Positions 30,301 to 43,487 of a DNA stretch of 64,000 bases are shown piece by piece; within the stretch, counting starts at the first letter, position 1, and every line of letters starts with the position of its first letter. The stretch is from Candidatus Poribacteria bacterium (lineage in GTDB: Bacteria; Poribacteria; WGA-4E; WGA-3G): assembly GCA_965242965.1 (NCBI GenBank), contig OZ251518.1, positions 1,888,001 to 1,952,000 of the forward strand, given 5' to 3'. The position numbers and the translations under genes are program-made. Under the pieces are notes generated by a model. That model did not search any database, was not told the origin of the DNA, and saw only the letters and a list, made by a program, of their open reading frames with translations.

Positions 30301-30388
30301 TTTTTCCATTCCAAAAAAAAATCCATCTTAAGTAAACCTATACCCCTCCGTTAACGTCATATATAGGTAACAAGAGGACAGGCATTAG

Positions 30389-30424
30389 AAAAAGGAAAAG
30401 CCCCAACCCGCAACAGGTTAGGGC
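30389..30424 (-). terminator. intrinsic terminator of the pentapeptide-repeat gene
   Basis: GCCCTAACC-loop-GGTTGGGGC stem followed by TTTTCCTTTTT, just after the stop. Confidence 0.65.
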
Positions 30425-30441
30425 AACGCCACTGCTTGCGC

Positions 30442-31017
30442 TTAATTCCGTCCTTGTTTGGTGATGGCACCAGCCAAGTCTGCCTCACGATAGACGGCTT
30501 CGGAAAGATCGACCTCGTAGAGATAGGCACCTTTGAAATTCGCGCCGAGGAGGATAACGCCTTTCAGTTTAATTTCGCCGAAAATCGCCTCTTCGAGATT
30601 CGCGTTTTCAAAGGTGGTTAATGTGCCGAAGGGCCCCGGGACCACGCAGTGCGGGCAGCCGATGGTTGCCTTGCGTAGATTGGCACGTCGGAAATTCGTG
30701 CCGTTGAGTAGACTCCCGCTGAGGAACGCGCCCCGTAAATCCGCATCCTCGAACGTCGCGTCCGTTAAATTGGAACCGACGAGGTAGGTGCGGTGAAGTT
30801 TGGTGCCGGTGAGGACTGCACCGGTGAGATTCGCATCGTTTAGATTTGCGTCCGAGAGATCGGTTTCTCGCAGGTTCGCGCCACTCAGATTCGCGGCACC
30901 CAGGTCCAGCCCGGCCAGCGATTGTTCTGCCAAATCGATGTTCGCCAGATTTTCGCCGGCAAAGGATGCACCAGCGAGGGCCCCTTTGATAATGTCACTT
31001 TGCGTTAATTGATGCAT
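30442..31017 (-). CDS. pentapeptide repeat protein
   Basis: A(N/D)L.. repeats throughout with an inserted CPHC loop; GGAGG SD. Confidence 0.92.
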   Translation of the reverse strand: MHQLTQSDIIKGALAGASFAGENLANIDLAEQSLAGLDLGAANLSGANLRETDLSDANLNDANLTGAVLTGTKLHRTYLVGSNLTDATFEDADLRGAFLSGSLLNGTNFRRANLRKATIGCPHCVVPGPFGTLTTFENANLEEAIFGEIKLKGVILLGANFKGAYLYEVDLSEAVYREADLAGAITKQGRN

Positions 31018-31285
31018 GAGTTGCCTCCAATTTTTTCAAAATCGGACTTACGCGGGCGAGTGCTAAAAGCACGCCGACTCTCGTAGGGCGAGGGCCTGTC
31101 CCTCGCCATGCCGGCAGGCACGGCTTAAAAGCACGCCGACTCTCGTAGGGCGAGGGCCTGTCCCTCGCCATGCCGGCAGACTAGTGAGGTAAGTCCTACA
31201 ATAAAGTATACCACATAAACCGAGAAAAGTTAACTTATTTTTCGGTGGCGTGCCTGCCGAAACAAACATGCCGTGAGGTGCAGAA

Positions 31286-32935
31286 ATGAGAGACTATTAC
31301 GCGTTCTACCCAGAAGCGGAAGAGCTTTTCCAGCCGGAGGAGAAGCACGTCGAGTATCCGAGCACATCCAAGGATGAGAACTTCGCGTATCTGCAAAGAA
31401 TCGCGAGGACTCCCCTGCTTGAGCCGGCCGAGGAGCGCGCCCTCTTCCAAAAATATCGGGAGGGGTTGCAGACATTCATGGGGCTGTTAAATCGCTTCCC
31501 CACCTGGATGCTTGCATCGCTTGAATTTCCCCGGAACCGCGCCGCTAGCGGTGATTACGAATTTGAACCGGCGCAATCAGAACACGGAACTGTAGTAGAC
31601 CAGGTGCGCGCGCATGTCCACAACATCGGCGACTTGCTGGAACGCCTGGACGAAAAAGCGCAATGCCTCGCGGCGGCAGAGAAGCGTATCTTTGCAGCCA
31701 ACGCGCACCTCCTGAAAAAGTATGTGGAGGCGACTTCACTCGCGGCGGCGCGCACACAACTGACACCTACTGAATTGTGGCGTGCAGCACAATTCGGCCT
31801 TCGGCGCGCTATTGGAGAGTGCGGGATGCGACGCGGCGAGGAATTCCGCGCCTACGCGTGCCGCTCCATCCGCCGGAGCATCACCGCCTTGGCCAAACGG
31901 CAGGCGGGCCTGAAAAAGGACACCGAGGGGCACCCCGATGTCGCGCGACGCATGCAAAAACTTCTCCGCGCAACGCCGTTCAGCGCAATCGAAGAAGAAC
32001 TCGCTTTTGAGGAGTTTCAACTCCTGCAATATGAGGCGACGCGGCTGCTGGAGAAGCTGCCCGCTGGCATTTTGCCGGAACAAGCATCGGCATGGAAGCC
32101 GCGCACGCTCCCGTTCATTCTCAAAGAGATGCGTGCCGAATTCAAGTATATTGAATGGCTCTGGCATCGACTGGAAGCCGCCGATGAGGTAACGCATACC
32201 ACGAAGCAAGAGATTGTGGAGGCGAACCTCCGGCTCGTCGCCAGCATCGCCAAGCAGCACCGCTTCAGCAAAACCTCGCTCACTTTCTTGGATTTGATGC
32301 AGGAAGGGAGCCTGGGACTCATGAAAGCCGTCGATAAATTTGACCACACGCTCAGTTACCGCTTCAGCACCTACGCAACTTGGTGGATTATGCAAGCCAT
32401 CAAACGGGCGTTGGACCAGCAGGGGCAACTGATTCGGGTGCCGTGCTACATCGGCGAGGCTCACCGTGCTATTAAACTCGCGCAGACGACGCTCACGGCG
32501 GAACTCGGCCGCGAACCGACTACCGCGGAGATAGCGAAAGAGGTGGGGCTCTCCGAACAGAAGGTGATGGAGATATTCCAAGCCACAACAGGACCCTTGA
32601 GTCTGGACGCACCGATTGACGAAGGTTCGCCGGACAGCGCGTTCTTTGAGATGATTCCAGATTCTTCTCAGATTACGCCGGAGAACTACTTGGGGAGTTC
32701 CTCCAAAATCGAGGCTATCACCGAGGTCCTCAACAGGGCTCTGAATCCGCGGGAAACGCACGTCATTGCGTTGCGCTTTGGGATAATCGATGGCACTGAA
32801 TATACCCTCTCCGACATCAGCGGCAAGCTCCATCTCAGCCGTGAACGTGTCCGGCAGATAGAGGGTGAAGCACTCGGGAAACTGCAGTCGCACGACTCCA
32901 AGGCGTTGTTGAGGGAGTTGCTGCTGGATGCGTAG
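31286..32935 (+). CDS. sigma-70 family (RpoD/SigA-like) alternative sigma factor
   Basis: [11 protein letters not shown] (1.2), [49 protein letters not shown]. Confidence 0.92.
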   Translation: MRDYYAFYPEAEELFQPEEKHVEYPSTSKDENFAYLQRIARTPLLEPAEERALFQKYREGLQTFMGLLNRFPTWMLASLEFPRNRAASGDYEFEPAQSEHGTVVDQVRAHVHNIGDLLERLDEKAQCLAAAEKRIFAANAHLLKKYVEATSLAAARTQLTPTELWRAAQFGLRRAIGECGMRRGEEFRAYACRSIRRSITALAKRQAGLKKDTEGHPDVARRMQKLLRATPFSAIEEELAFEEFQLLQYEATRLLEKLPAGILPEQASAWKPRTLPFILKEMRAEFKYIEWLWHRLEAADEVTHTTKQEIVEANLRLVASIAKQHRFSKTSLTFLDLMQEGSLGLMKAVDKFDHTLSYRFSTYATWWIMQAIKRALDQQGQLIRVPCYIGEAHRAIKLAQTTLTAELGREPTTAEIAKEVGLSEQKVMEIFQATTGPLSLDAPIDEGSPDSAFFEMIPDSSQITPENYLGSSSKIEAITEVLNRALNPRETHVIALRFGIIDGTEYTLSDISGKLHLSRERVRQIEGEALGKLQSHDSKALLRELLLDA

Positions 32936-33066
32936 GATTACGTCTGGCATTCACCGTAGGCGCGGTTTTCGACCGCGCCTACAGTGAAGCTGGCATGTAG
33001 GAGAGACCTCCCGGTCTCGATTTCTTCTCGGTAGGAGAGACCTCCCGGTCTCGATGGTTCAAATTC

Positions 33067-34310
33067 ATGAAAATCGCGTATTTTGACTGCTTTTCAGGTA
33101 TCAGCGGCGATATGACGCTCGGTGCCCTCGTCGATGCCGGTGTGTCACCGGAGACGCTGAAGACAGAATTGGCGAAACTCAACCTCGATGCCGAATTCAG
33201 TCTGCACTTTGAAAAGGCGATGAAACACGGCATCACCGGCACCCGCGCCGTTGTCACTGTGAAAAATGACACGGTGAAAAATGACGAGGCACCTCATGCG
33301 CACGGCCACGCGCACGGCAGACACCTCGCCGATATCTTCAAACTGTTAGATGCCAGCAGTTTGGAGTCGGCGATTTGTGATACCGCCAAACGCATCTTCG
33401 ACCGGCTCGCCGAAGCGGAGGCGAAGGTGCATAATACCGAAAAGGCGAAGGTGCATCTCCACGAAGTGAGCGGGATTGATGCCATTGTGGACATCGTCGG
33501 TGCTGTCATCGGGTTGTCGCAACTCGGCGTTGAGGCAGTCTATGCCTCCCCGCTCTCTCTCGGCCGCGGCTTCGTCCGATGCGCGCACGGCATGATGCCT
33601 GTCCCGGTCCCCGGCACCATGCAACTCCTCCAAGGCGTTCCGATTCACCAGACAGATATCCCGAAGGAACTCGTCACGCCGACGGGCGCGGCACTCATTA
33701 CAACGCTTGCCGAAGAATTCGGCGTGATGCCGCAGATAACACTGGAAAAGGTGGGATACGGTGCCGGCACCCGAGATCTGGCGGAACGTCCTAACCTCCT
33801 CCGCGTTTGTCTCGGAGAAAAAAAAAAGGGGTAACACACCTATCAGTAAGTCCACTTTGGCATCGCGATGAGACAGACACCGTTGACATCATCGAAACCA
33901 ACGTAGACGATATGTCACCGGAGATTACGGGTTACGTCATGGAGAAACTCTTCGCGCAGGGAGCACTAGATGTCTTTCTCACCCCTGTCTTCATGAAGAA
34001 GAGTCGGGCGGCGACAAAAATCACCGTGCTGTCAGATGCTGATTGCCGAGACAGGCTCATTGAACTGCTTCTCACGGAGACTACCACGTTTGGCGTAAGG
34101 GTATCCTCGGCGGCTCGGGTTAAGTTGCGTCGGGATTTTATTCAGATTGAGACGCGGTGGGGTCCAATCCAAGCGAAGCGCGGGTATTTCAACGGCACGC
34201 CGATAAAAACGGTGCCGGAATACGAAGATTGCAGGCGCGTTGCAGAAGAAAACAGCGTTCCGATTCGGGATGTCTATGTTGAGGTCCTTCGCGCAATAAC
34301 GCTCCGGTAG
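33067..34310 (+). CDS. larC: nickel pincer cofactor biosynthesis protein LarC, in two frames (33067-33834 and -1 frame to 34310)
   Basis: YFDCFSGISGDM, AEAKVH..VHLHEV, ELVTPTGAA, GYGAG; second part IETNVDDM, MKKSR, ETTTFGVR, PEYEDC; A10 run at the junction. Confidence 0.92.
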
Positions 34311-34444
34311 GAGAGAAACGTTCGGTGGACCGCAGCATGGCGAGGGACAGGCCCTCGCCCTACGGTATGCGGGCCGTTTTTTTTCACCGTAGCGCGGGGG
34401 CCTGTCCCCCGCGATCGTCGCACGGCGAGGGACAGGCCCTCGCC

Positions 34445-36256
34445 CTACGGGGAAGGGGGACCGTTTTTCTTATGTGTAGCACACAAATCACACGTCTTGC
34501 ATCGATAATCTTCTTCGACTTCTTCACCAAAATATTCACGGATGACGCGCGTCCGGCACGTCGTCGCCAGCGCGTAAAATACCACCTTATCAATCTGCTG
34601 GCGTTTGCGGCGGACATAATCCCCTACTTCGATTTGCTCCTCAGTCAACGTGTCAAAGAGTTCGCTGTCATGGATTAACTCAAGCAGCATCAGATCTTCT
34701 TGTCCCCGATACTGAATATAGCCATCGCTCTGCAACTCGGCGAGGTGCTCCATCACAGCCTTCGGATCCAACGCTGTCGCGTTGCATAAATCCAAAATCT
34801 TTGGCTTTGTCCTCCGTTGGAATTGGCTGAGTAGCTGCCGCATCGTATCTGACAACGGCGCGCTTTGCGTAGAGTGCACAGAGCGGCCGAAACGCACCGA
34901 GAGCTGCGATGGCACATTATACCACCGCTTCAGAAAGCCGAGTTTTTCGAGATAACTGAGGCAGACTTGGATTTTCCCACTTTTCAACCCGCTCATCCAC
35001 TCCAATTCATCGCTGGCGATGGTTCGGTAATCTCCCGCGGACTCAAAAGTCTCAATCACTTTGAGGAGTTTCAGCAGAGAGGGTTTATCCGGTGCGTTTT
35101 CCTTGATAAACCATTCGTGCAGTCCTCTGTCTTCAGGACAATAGAGCAAGACGCACTGCGAGTCTTCGCCGTCCCTGCCGGCTCTCCCGACTTCTTGGCA
35201 ATATTCTTCCAGCGTGCCTGTCATCGTCCAATGCACGATGTATCGGATATCCGCCTTGTCAATGCCCATGCCGAAGGCGTTCGTCGCGACGACGATGTCC
35301 AGTCCGTTGCTGCTGTCGTCAAAAAACGCTTCTTGGACGCGCGTGCGCTGGTGCGGTTCAAGCCCGGCGTGATAATGCGCGGCACGAAACCCGCGCGTTT
35401 TCAGGTAATCGGCGATGTCCTCGGTGTTGCTGCGGGTGCCGGCGTAGATAATGCCGTTGTTGCCCGCGGCATGTTCATAGACGAATTCGGTGAGCCGCTG
35501 ATACTTTTCATCTTCATCGCCGCTTTCTTGCACGCTCAGTTTCAGATTCGGACGTTCAATTCCTTGCGTCATCACTTTGGGAGTCGGGATATGGAGCAGA
35601 TTCGTCACGTCTTCTCGAATCTCCGGTGGTGCCGTCGCGGTGAAGAGCGCGATGACATGCGGTTGGAGAGCGTCTAGCGCATCGCAGATTGACAAGTAAG
35701 CGGGCCGAAAATCGCGTCCCCATTGCGAAATACAGTGCGCCTCGTCAATCACAAATAAGGAGATAACGCAGGTGTTCAGCATATCGAGAAAACGTCGGCT
35801 CCGCAGGCGTTCAGGGGAAATATAGAGGAGTTTGACTTCGCCTCGCTGAATCCGTGTCAACTCAGTGCGGTATTCATCAAGCGTCTGCGTGCTGTTGATG
35901 GCAGAGACTGCGGTGATTCCGTGCGCCTTCAATGCGTCAACCTGGTCCTTCATCAATGAGATGAGCGGCGAAATGACCACGGTGATGCCTGTAAGCATCA
36001 GTGCCGGCAGTTGATAACATAACGATTTACCGTGTCCCGTTGGGAAGACAGCGAACACATTTTTGCGTGCCAAAATCGCTTCTATAATCTCGCGTTGCCC
36101 AGCGCGGAATTGGGTATAGCCGAAGTGTGTGTTGAGCGAGGCGAGGAGTTCGTCTGGCGCGGGCGCGTTATTGGGGGGCTCTTCTACGGGGACTACCTTA
36201 TCTTTTGTGATTAGAATGGAGTCAACTTCTGCTAGTAGTGCTTGCAAATTGCTCAT
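34445..36256 (-). CDS. recQ: RecQ family ATP-dependent DNA helicase
   Basis: PTGHGKSLCYQLPA, DEAHCISQWG.DFRP, ATNAFGMGIDK, QEVGRAGRDG, C..CD.C Zn site. Confidence 0.92.
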   Translation of the reverse strand: MSNLQALLAEVDSILITKDKVVPVEEPPNNAPAPDELLASLNTHFGYTQFRAGQREIIEAILARKNVFAVFPTGHGKSLCYQLPALMLTGITVVISPLISLMKDQVDALKAHGITAVSAINSTQTLDEYRTELTRIQRGEVKLLYISPERLRSRRFLDMLNTCVISLFVIDEAHCISQWGRDFRPAYLSICDALDALQPHVIALFTATAPPEIREDVTNLLHIPTPKVMTQGIERPNLKLSVQESGDEDEKYQRLTEFVYEHAAGNNGIIYAGTRSNTEDIADYLKTRGFRAAHYHAGLEPHQRTRVQEAFFDDSSNGLDIVVATNAFGMGIDKADIRYIVHWTMTGTLEEYCQEVGRAGRDGEDSQCVLLYCPEDRGLHEWFIKENAPDKPSLLKLLKVIETFESAGDYRTIASDELEWMSGLKSGKIQVCLSYLEKLGFLKRWYNVPSQLSVRFGRSVHSTQSAPLSDTMRQLLSQFQRRTKPKILDLCNATALDPKAVMEHLAELQSDGYIQYRGQEDLMLLELIHDSELFDTLTEEQIEVGDYVRRKRQQIDKVVFYALATTCRTRVIREYFGEEVEEDYRCKTCDLCATHKKNGPPSP

Positions 36257-36274
36257 GGTGTTTTTCAGTTCCTC

Positions 36275-37015
36275 TCCGTAGGGCGAGATCGCGGGGGACA
36301 GGCCCCCGCGCCACGGTAAAAAAAACGCCCCTTTATCGTAGGGCGAGGGCCCTCGGATGCCACACGCGCATGCGAGCGGGTTTCCCTCGCCGTGCCTGGG
36401 ATACACGAACGATCGCGGCGTTGAAAAAAAACGCCCCCCCCTTCATCGTAGGGCGAGGGCCTGTCCCTCGCCGGGCCATCGGCCACGCGTGCGCGCATCC
36501 CCTCTGTAGGACAAGAGCACCTGCTCTTGACCCGTTCGGGAGCAGGCACTCCCGAACTACAGTTTCCTCAAGGTCTGTAAGACCTTAATGTCTATAGTAC
36601 CCGCAGCCCGTCAAGTCCTCAAGGTCCTTTAGGACCTTAATGTTTTCCGGATGCGTTGCGTGTGCTGCCTATTAAGGACCTAAAGGACCTTAGTGTTTTT
36701 CACGTCCGGCGGATACTATAGACATGCAGGACCTAAAGGACCTGAAGAGATTTTTTCGCGGGTGCGATCACGGGGGACAGGCCCCCGCGCTACGGTAGAA
36801 AACGCCCCTTCATCGTAGGGCGAGGGCCTGTCCCTCGCCATGCTCCGGTCCACCGAACGATCGTGGGAAAAAAAACGCCCCCTCATCGTAGGGCGAGGGC
36901 CTGTCCCTCGCCATGCCTGGGATACACGAAACGATCGCGGGGGACAGGCCCCCGCGCCACGGGCCTAGGTGGCGTGTTCCTCAGATCGCGGGGGACAGGC
37001 CCCCGCGCTACGGGC
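36275..37015. repeat. REP/REPIN cluster containing a ~170-bp MITE-like element (36571-36743)
   Basis: Family A units, a doublet, and AGGTCC..GGACCT palindromes bounded by ATGTCTATAG/CTATAGACAT. Confidence 0.9.
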
Positions 37016-37023
37016 CAAGAAAT

Positions 37024-37725
37024 TCAAAAAAACCGAAAACGGAGGATGTGAAAAATCGCGGCGATGCCATCCTTCCAATTGACAGTTTTCCCCTCGTGGT
37101 AATCCCTGCCGCGATAGGTAATCGGGACATCGACGATTCTGCACTTCCGCTTGGCGAGTTTCGCCGTGATTTCAGGCTCAAAACCGAACCGATCTGACTG
37201 GAGAGTTGCCGCAATCTCCTGCAACATCGGCGTTTTCATCACCTTATAGCAGGTCTCCATGTCCGTAAGGTTCGTGCCGTTGACGACATTAGAAAGGAAG
37301 GTCAGGAATCGGTTGGCGAGATAACTCCGAAGCAAACCTTCTTGTCTTCCCGCCATGAAACGTGAGCCGTAGACGACATCCGCCTCGTCCGCTAAGATAG
37401 GCTGCAACAATTTGGGGTAATCACTCGGGTCATATTCCAGGTCAGCGTCTTGGATGAGGGTAATATCGCCTGTGATATGTTGGAACCCGGTGCGGAGCGT
37501 CGCGCCTTTGCCTTGATTCACGTCGTGATAAAAGATTTTCGTCGACGGATCGGCGGCGGCCTCGATGCGCGTTAAGATGTCGCGCGTGCCATCGGTAGAA
37601 CAATCATCAACGAGAATCAGTTCTTTTTCCATGCAGATTTCAACGGCGGCGATTTGGCGCAGAATTTCTTCTAGGCTTTCGGCTTCGTTGTAAATCGGAA
37701 TCACAATAGTCAGCTTCGGCTCCAT
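37024..37725 (-). CDS. glycosyltransferase family 2 (polyprenol-phosphate mannosyltransferase-like)
   Basis: IVIPIYNE, VDDCSTDGT, NQGKG, QDADLEYDP, TDMETCYK. Confidence 0.93.
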   Translation of the reverse strand: MEPKLTIVIPIYNEAESLEEILRQIAAVEICMEKELILVDDCSTDGTRDILTRIEAAADPSTKIFYHDVNQGKGATLRTGFQHITGDITLIQDADLEYDPSDYPKLLQPILADEADVVYGSRFMAGRQEGLLRSYLANRFLTFLSNVVNGTNLTDMETCYKVMKTPMLQEIAATLQSDRFGFEPEITAKLAKRKCRIVDVPITYRGRDYHEGKTVNWKDGIAAIFHILRFRFF

Positions 37726-38358
37726 CTGGATGCCCCCAGTGTTTTCGGTGTCTTCCGCAATATTTTCTCTATGATACCCGATTTCGTTTTTTTATGCAAG
37801 TTTTTTCTGGGGATATGATGGAGGTTTTTCGTTAACGTCAGAAATCTTGGAGTTTTTCGCCATCGCTCGCGGGGGAAACCCGCTCGGATGCGCGTGTGGC
37901 ATCCGAGGGCCCTCGCGCTACGGGAAAAAACGCCACCCTCATCGTAGGGCGAGGGCCTGTCCCTCGCTATGCCTCGCGCAAGCCAACGATCGCGGGGGAC
38001 AGGCCCCGCGCTACGATAAAAAACGGCGTGCGTTACCGTAGGGCGAGGGCCTGTCCCTCGCCATCGTTCATGCACCAGACTCCCTCTTCTCTGTAGGGCA
38101 GGATCGCCTGATCCTGACCCGATCGGGAGCAGGCGCTCCCAAACTACAGACGTGGGGCGAATCGTCCGCGCAATCCAACGATCGCGGGGGACAGGCCCCC
38201 GCGCCACGATAAAAAAAACGGTTATCGAACCATCGCGGGGGAAACCCGCTCGGATACGCGGATGGCATCCGAGGGCCCCCGCGCTACGGTATTGCATCGA
38301 GACCGGGAGGTCTCTCCTACCGGGACATCAAACGAAAACGGATAATAAAAAAATATTC

Positions 38359-38387
38359 TTGACATTTTTGCGCGTTTGTGATACTAT
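38359..38387 (+). promoter_or_regulatory. sigma70 promoter
   Basis: TTGACA-17bp-TACTAT upstream of the TPR/UGSC genes. Confidence 0.55.
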
Positions 38388-38416
38388 TCTCTACAAACTT
38401 CAATAGGATGCAAAAT

Positions 38417-38740
38417 ATGCCGACACGAGAGGAACTTTACGACACCGCCCTCACCCATTTTGCTGAAAACGCACTGACGGCGGCCGTCGACGCTTTCAAA
38501 AAACTGATCGAAACTTACCCCGATGATACCGAAGGGTATATCGGATTGGGACACGCGCACGAACGGCTTGGCAACTACGATGAGGCAATCGAAGCCGTCC
38601 AGAAGGCGATCGAACTCAACCCGAAGGACCCGCTCGCGTATACGAGTTTATCTATCTGTTACCAACGAAAGGGGCTGATTCCAGAAGCGGAGGATGCGAT
38701 GGCGCAATCGCAACGGCTGCAGCTGGAAGCATCCCGGTAG
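38417..38740 (+). CDS. small tetratricopeptide repeat protein
   Basis: TPR motifs (YIGLGHAH..LGNYDEA..A..KAIELNP); start may instead be 38408. Confidence 0.85.
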   Translation: MPTREELYDTALTHFAENALTAAVDAFKKLIETYPDDTEGYIGLGHAHERLGNYDEAIEAVQKAIELNPKDPLAYTSLSICYQRKGLIPEAEDAMAQSQRLQLEASR

Positions 38741-38845
38741 GCGTGGTGACAAAACGCGCCTACAAGGACATTACGTTAGCGGTAGAAGAGACCTCCCGGT
38801 CTCGATTTCTGCTGCTGACACAGAACACAGATCCGGAGGTCTGTT

Positions 38846-39373
38846 ATGACAAACGTTACTTTACTCGACCCGACTTCTCAAGGCGATGTCTCGGCGAAAT
38901 TTCTCGCGCCGCGGCTCGATAGTCTTGATGGAAAAGTGATGGGGCTGCTGGACATTACCAAAAACGGCAGCGATATTTTCCTTGAACGCATTGAGGAATT
39001 AATGCGCGACCGGTTTGACCTGGGTGATGTCATTCATGTCAAAAAACCGACGTTCTCGCGGCCCGCGCCGCCGGAGTTGCTTGCTGAGCTCGCCGAACGC
39101 GCCGATTTCGTCATTGAAGGGCTCGCCGACTGAGGCTCCTGCATATCGTGCAGTATGCACGATGGGAGTGTCTTAGAGGAGCGCGGCGTGCCGAGTGTCG
39201 CTGTTTGCACGGAGGTGTTTTTCGCCGCCGGTAAGGTGCAGGCGCGTGCCCTCGGTCACGACGATTTGGAACCGTTAACCGTGGCGCATCCGATTCAGAG
39301 TCTGACACGAGATCAGATTCGCGAACGCGCGGAAGGTGTGGTTGAACAGATTGCGGAACGGTTGATGAAGTAG
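38846..39373 (+). CDS. UGSC-motif selenoprotein (in-frame TGA at 39131-39133 read as Sec)
   Basis: The 95-aa and 72-aa ORFs are in the same frame, joined by TGA-GGC-TCC-TGC-ATA-TCG-TGC giving GLAD-U-GSCISCSMHD; hairpin immediately downstream. Confidence 0.88.
39136..39168 (+). promoter_or_regulatory. bacterial SECIS-like hairpin
   Basis: ATCGTGCA-GTA-TGCACGAT perfect stem starting 12 nt after UGA, G-leading loop, basal CTCC/GGAG pairing. Confidence 0.75.
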
Positions 39374-39374
39374 G

Positions 39375-39856
39375 TCCTATACCGTAGGGCGGGGGCCTGT
39401 CCCCCGCCATGCAACGATCGCGGAAATCGCCCGTTTATACCGTAGGGCGAGGGCCTGTCCCCTGCCATGCGGCGATCGCGGAAATCGCCCGTTTATACCG
39501 TAGGGCGGGAGCCTGTCCCCTGCCATGCGGCGATCGCGAGGGACAGGCCCTCGCGCTACGGGGAAAACGACGTGTCTCCTTCTGTAGGGCAAGAGCACCT
39601 GCTCTTGACCCCTTCGGGAGCAGGTGCTCCCGAACTACAGATGGGGGCGAATCGTTCGCGCGATTTGACGATCGCGAGGGACAGGCCCTCGCCATGCCTG
39701 GGTCTATCAAACGATCGCGAGGGACAGGCCCTCGCGCTACGGTTGGAACGAGGGCTCGCGAGGGACAGGCCCTCGCGCTACGGTTTTGAGGGGTGCGTGC
39801 GATCGCGGGGGACAGGCCCCCGCGCTACGGTGAAAATCGAGACCGGGAGGTCTCTC

Positions 39857-39860
<4 letters not shown>
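39375..39860. repeat. REP/REPIN cluster between convergent genes
   Basis: Tandem family A units, a doublet, and a family B unit overlapping the clpB stop. Confidence 0.9.
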
Positions 39861-42544
<2,684 letters not shown>

Positions 42545-42594
42545 GATGTGTCTCCTGTTGTTAGATTGTTATGGGCGGAGAACCCTCCTTTTCA

Positions 42595-43445
42595 CCGTAG
42601 GGCGAGGGCCTGTCCCTCGCCATCGTTCCCATATCAAAAAACGTCTCTAAGGTCCTTTAGGACCTTAATGTCTATAGCTCTCGGCGACGTGAAGAGCTTT
42701 AAGGTCCTTTAGGTCTTAATGTGTTTTGACGTGCTGCGCGTGGTTTTATTAAGGTCCTACGGACCTTGACAACGTGCCGGCCCGTTTTTCTATAGACATT
42801 TAGGTCCTAAAGGACCTAGGCGCACCTTGTGACGATAGAGCTCGCGGGGGACAGGCAACCGCACTACGGGGAAATAAAACGTCTCCGCGTTCACGAAAAA
42901 CGCATCCCTTCCCCGTAGGGCGAGGGCCTTCGCATGCCACACGCGCAAAGGTCCTTTAGGTCCTTAATGTGTTTTGACGTGCTGCGCGTGGTTTCGTATT
43001 AAGGTCCTACGGACCTTGATAACGTAACGACACGGGTTTCTATAGACATTTAGGTCCTAAAGGACCTAGACGCACCTCGTGATGATAGAGATCGCGGGGG
43101 ACAGGCCCCCGCGCTACGGGGAAAAAACGCCCCCGCGTTCACGAACAAAAAACGCCCAGGTTACCGTAGGGCGAGGGCCTGTCCCTCGCCATCGTTCATG
43201 CACCAGACCGCCTCCCCTCTGTAGTTCAGGATCGCCTGATCCTGACCCGTTCGGGAGCAGGTGCTCCCGAACTACAGAGGGGGCCGATGCCCCTGGTAGG
43301 AGGGACATCCTTGTCCCGATGCATCCCGGTAGGAGGGACATCCTTGTCCCGATACACACCGCATTGAAACCGGGCGGCAGAAATCGAGACCGGGAGGTCT
43401 CTCCTACCCAATTGCATCGAGACCAGGAGGTCTCTCCTACCGGAA
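42595..43445. repeat. REP cluster with two MITE-like elements (42650-42817 full, ~42949-43067 partial)
   Basis: Family A/B units, a doublet and AGGTCC..GGACCT elements. Confidence 0.9.
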
Positions 43446-43487
43446 GATCGCTCGTAATTAAAACACTTGCAATAACTGTGCCAATTC

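Noticed and set aside
29692-30354. 220-aa ORF and similar ORFs (18863-19651, 37710-38297, 39467-40069, 43079-43531, 59397-59885)
   Set aside because: They are translations of REP clusters (ARGPVPR, RDRPSPYG, GTGPRAT), lack SDs, and several overlap real genes.
31736-32950. 404-aa antisense ORF over the sigma factor
   Set aside because: Shadow ORF typical of GC-rich coding DNA; no motifs.
33067-34310. larC as a pseudogene
   Set aside because: Both halves are intact and the break is at a canonical slippery site known for this family.
36257-36406. N-terminal extensions of the recQ, CRTAC1 (45141-45227) and ADP-ribosylglycohydrolase (46320-46409) ORFs
   Set aside because: They are REP-derived read-ins from upstream alternative codons; better starts with SD, signal peptide or family motif lie downstream.
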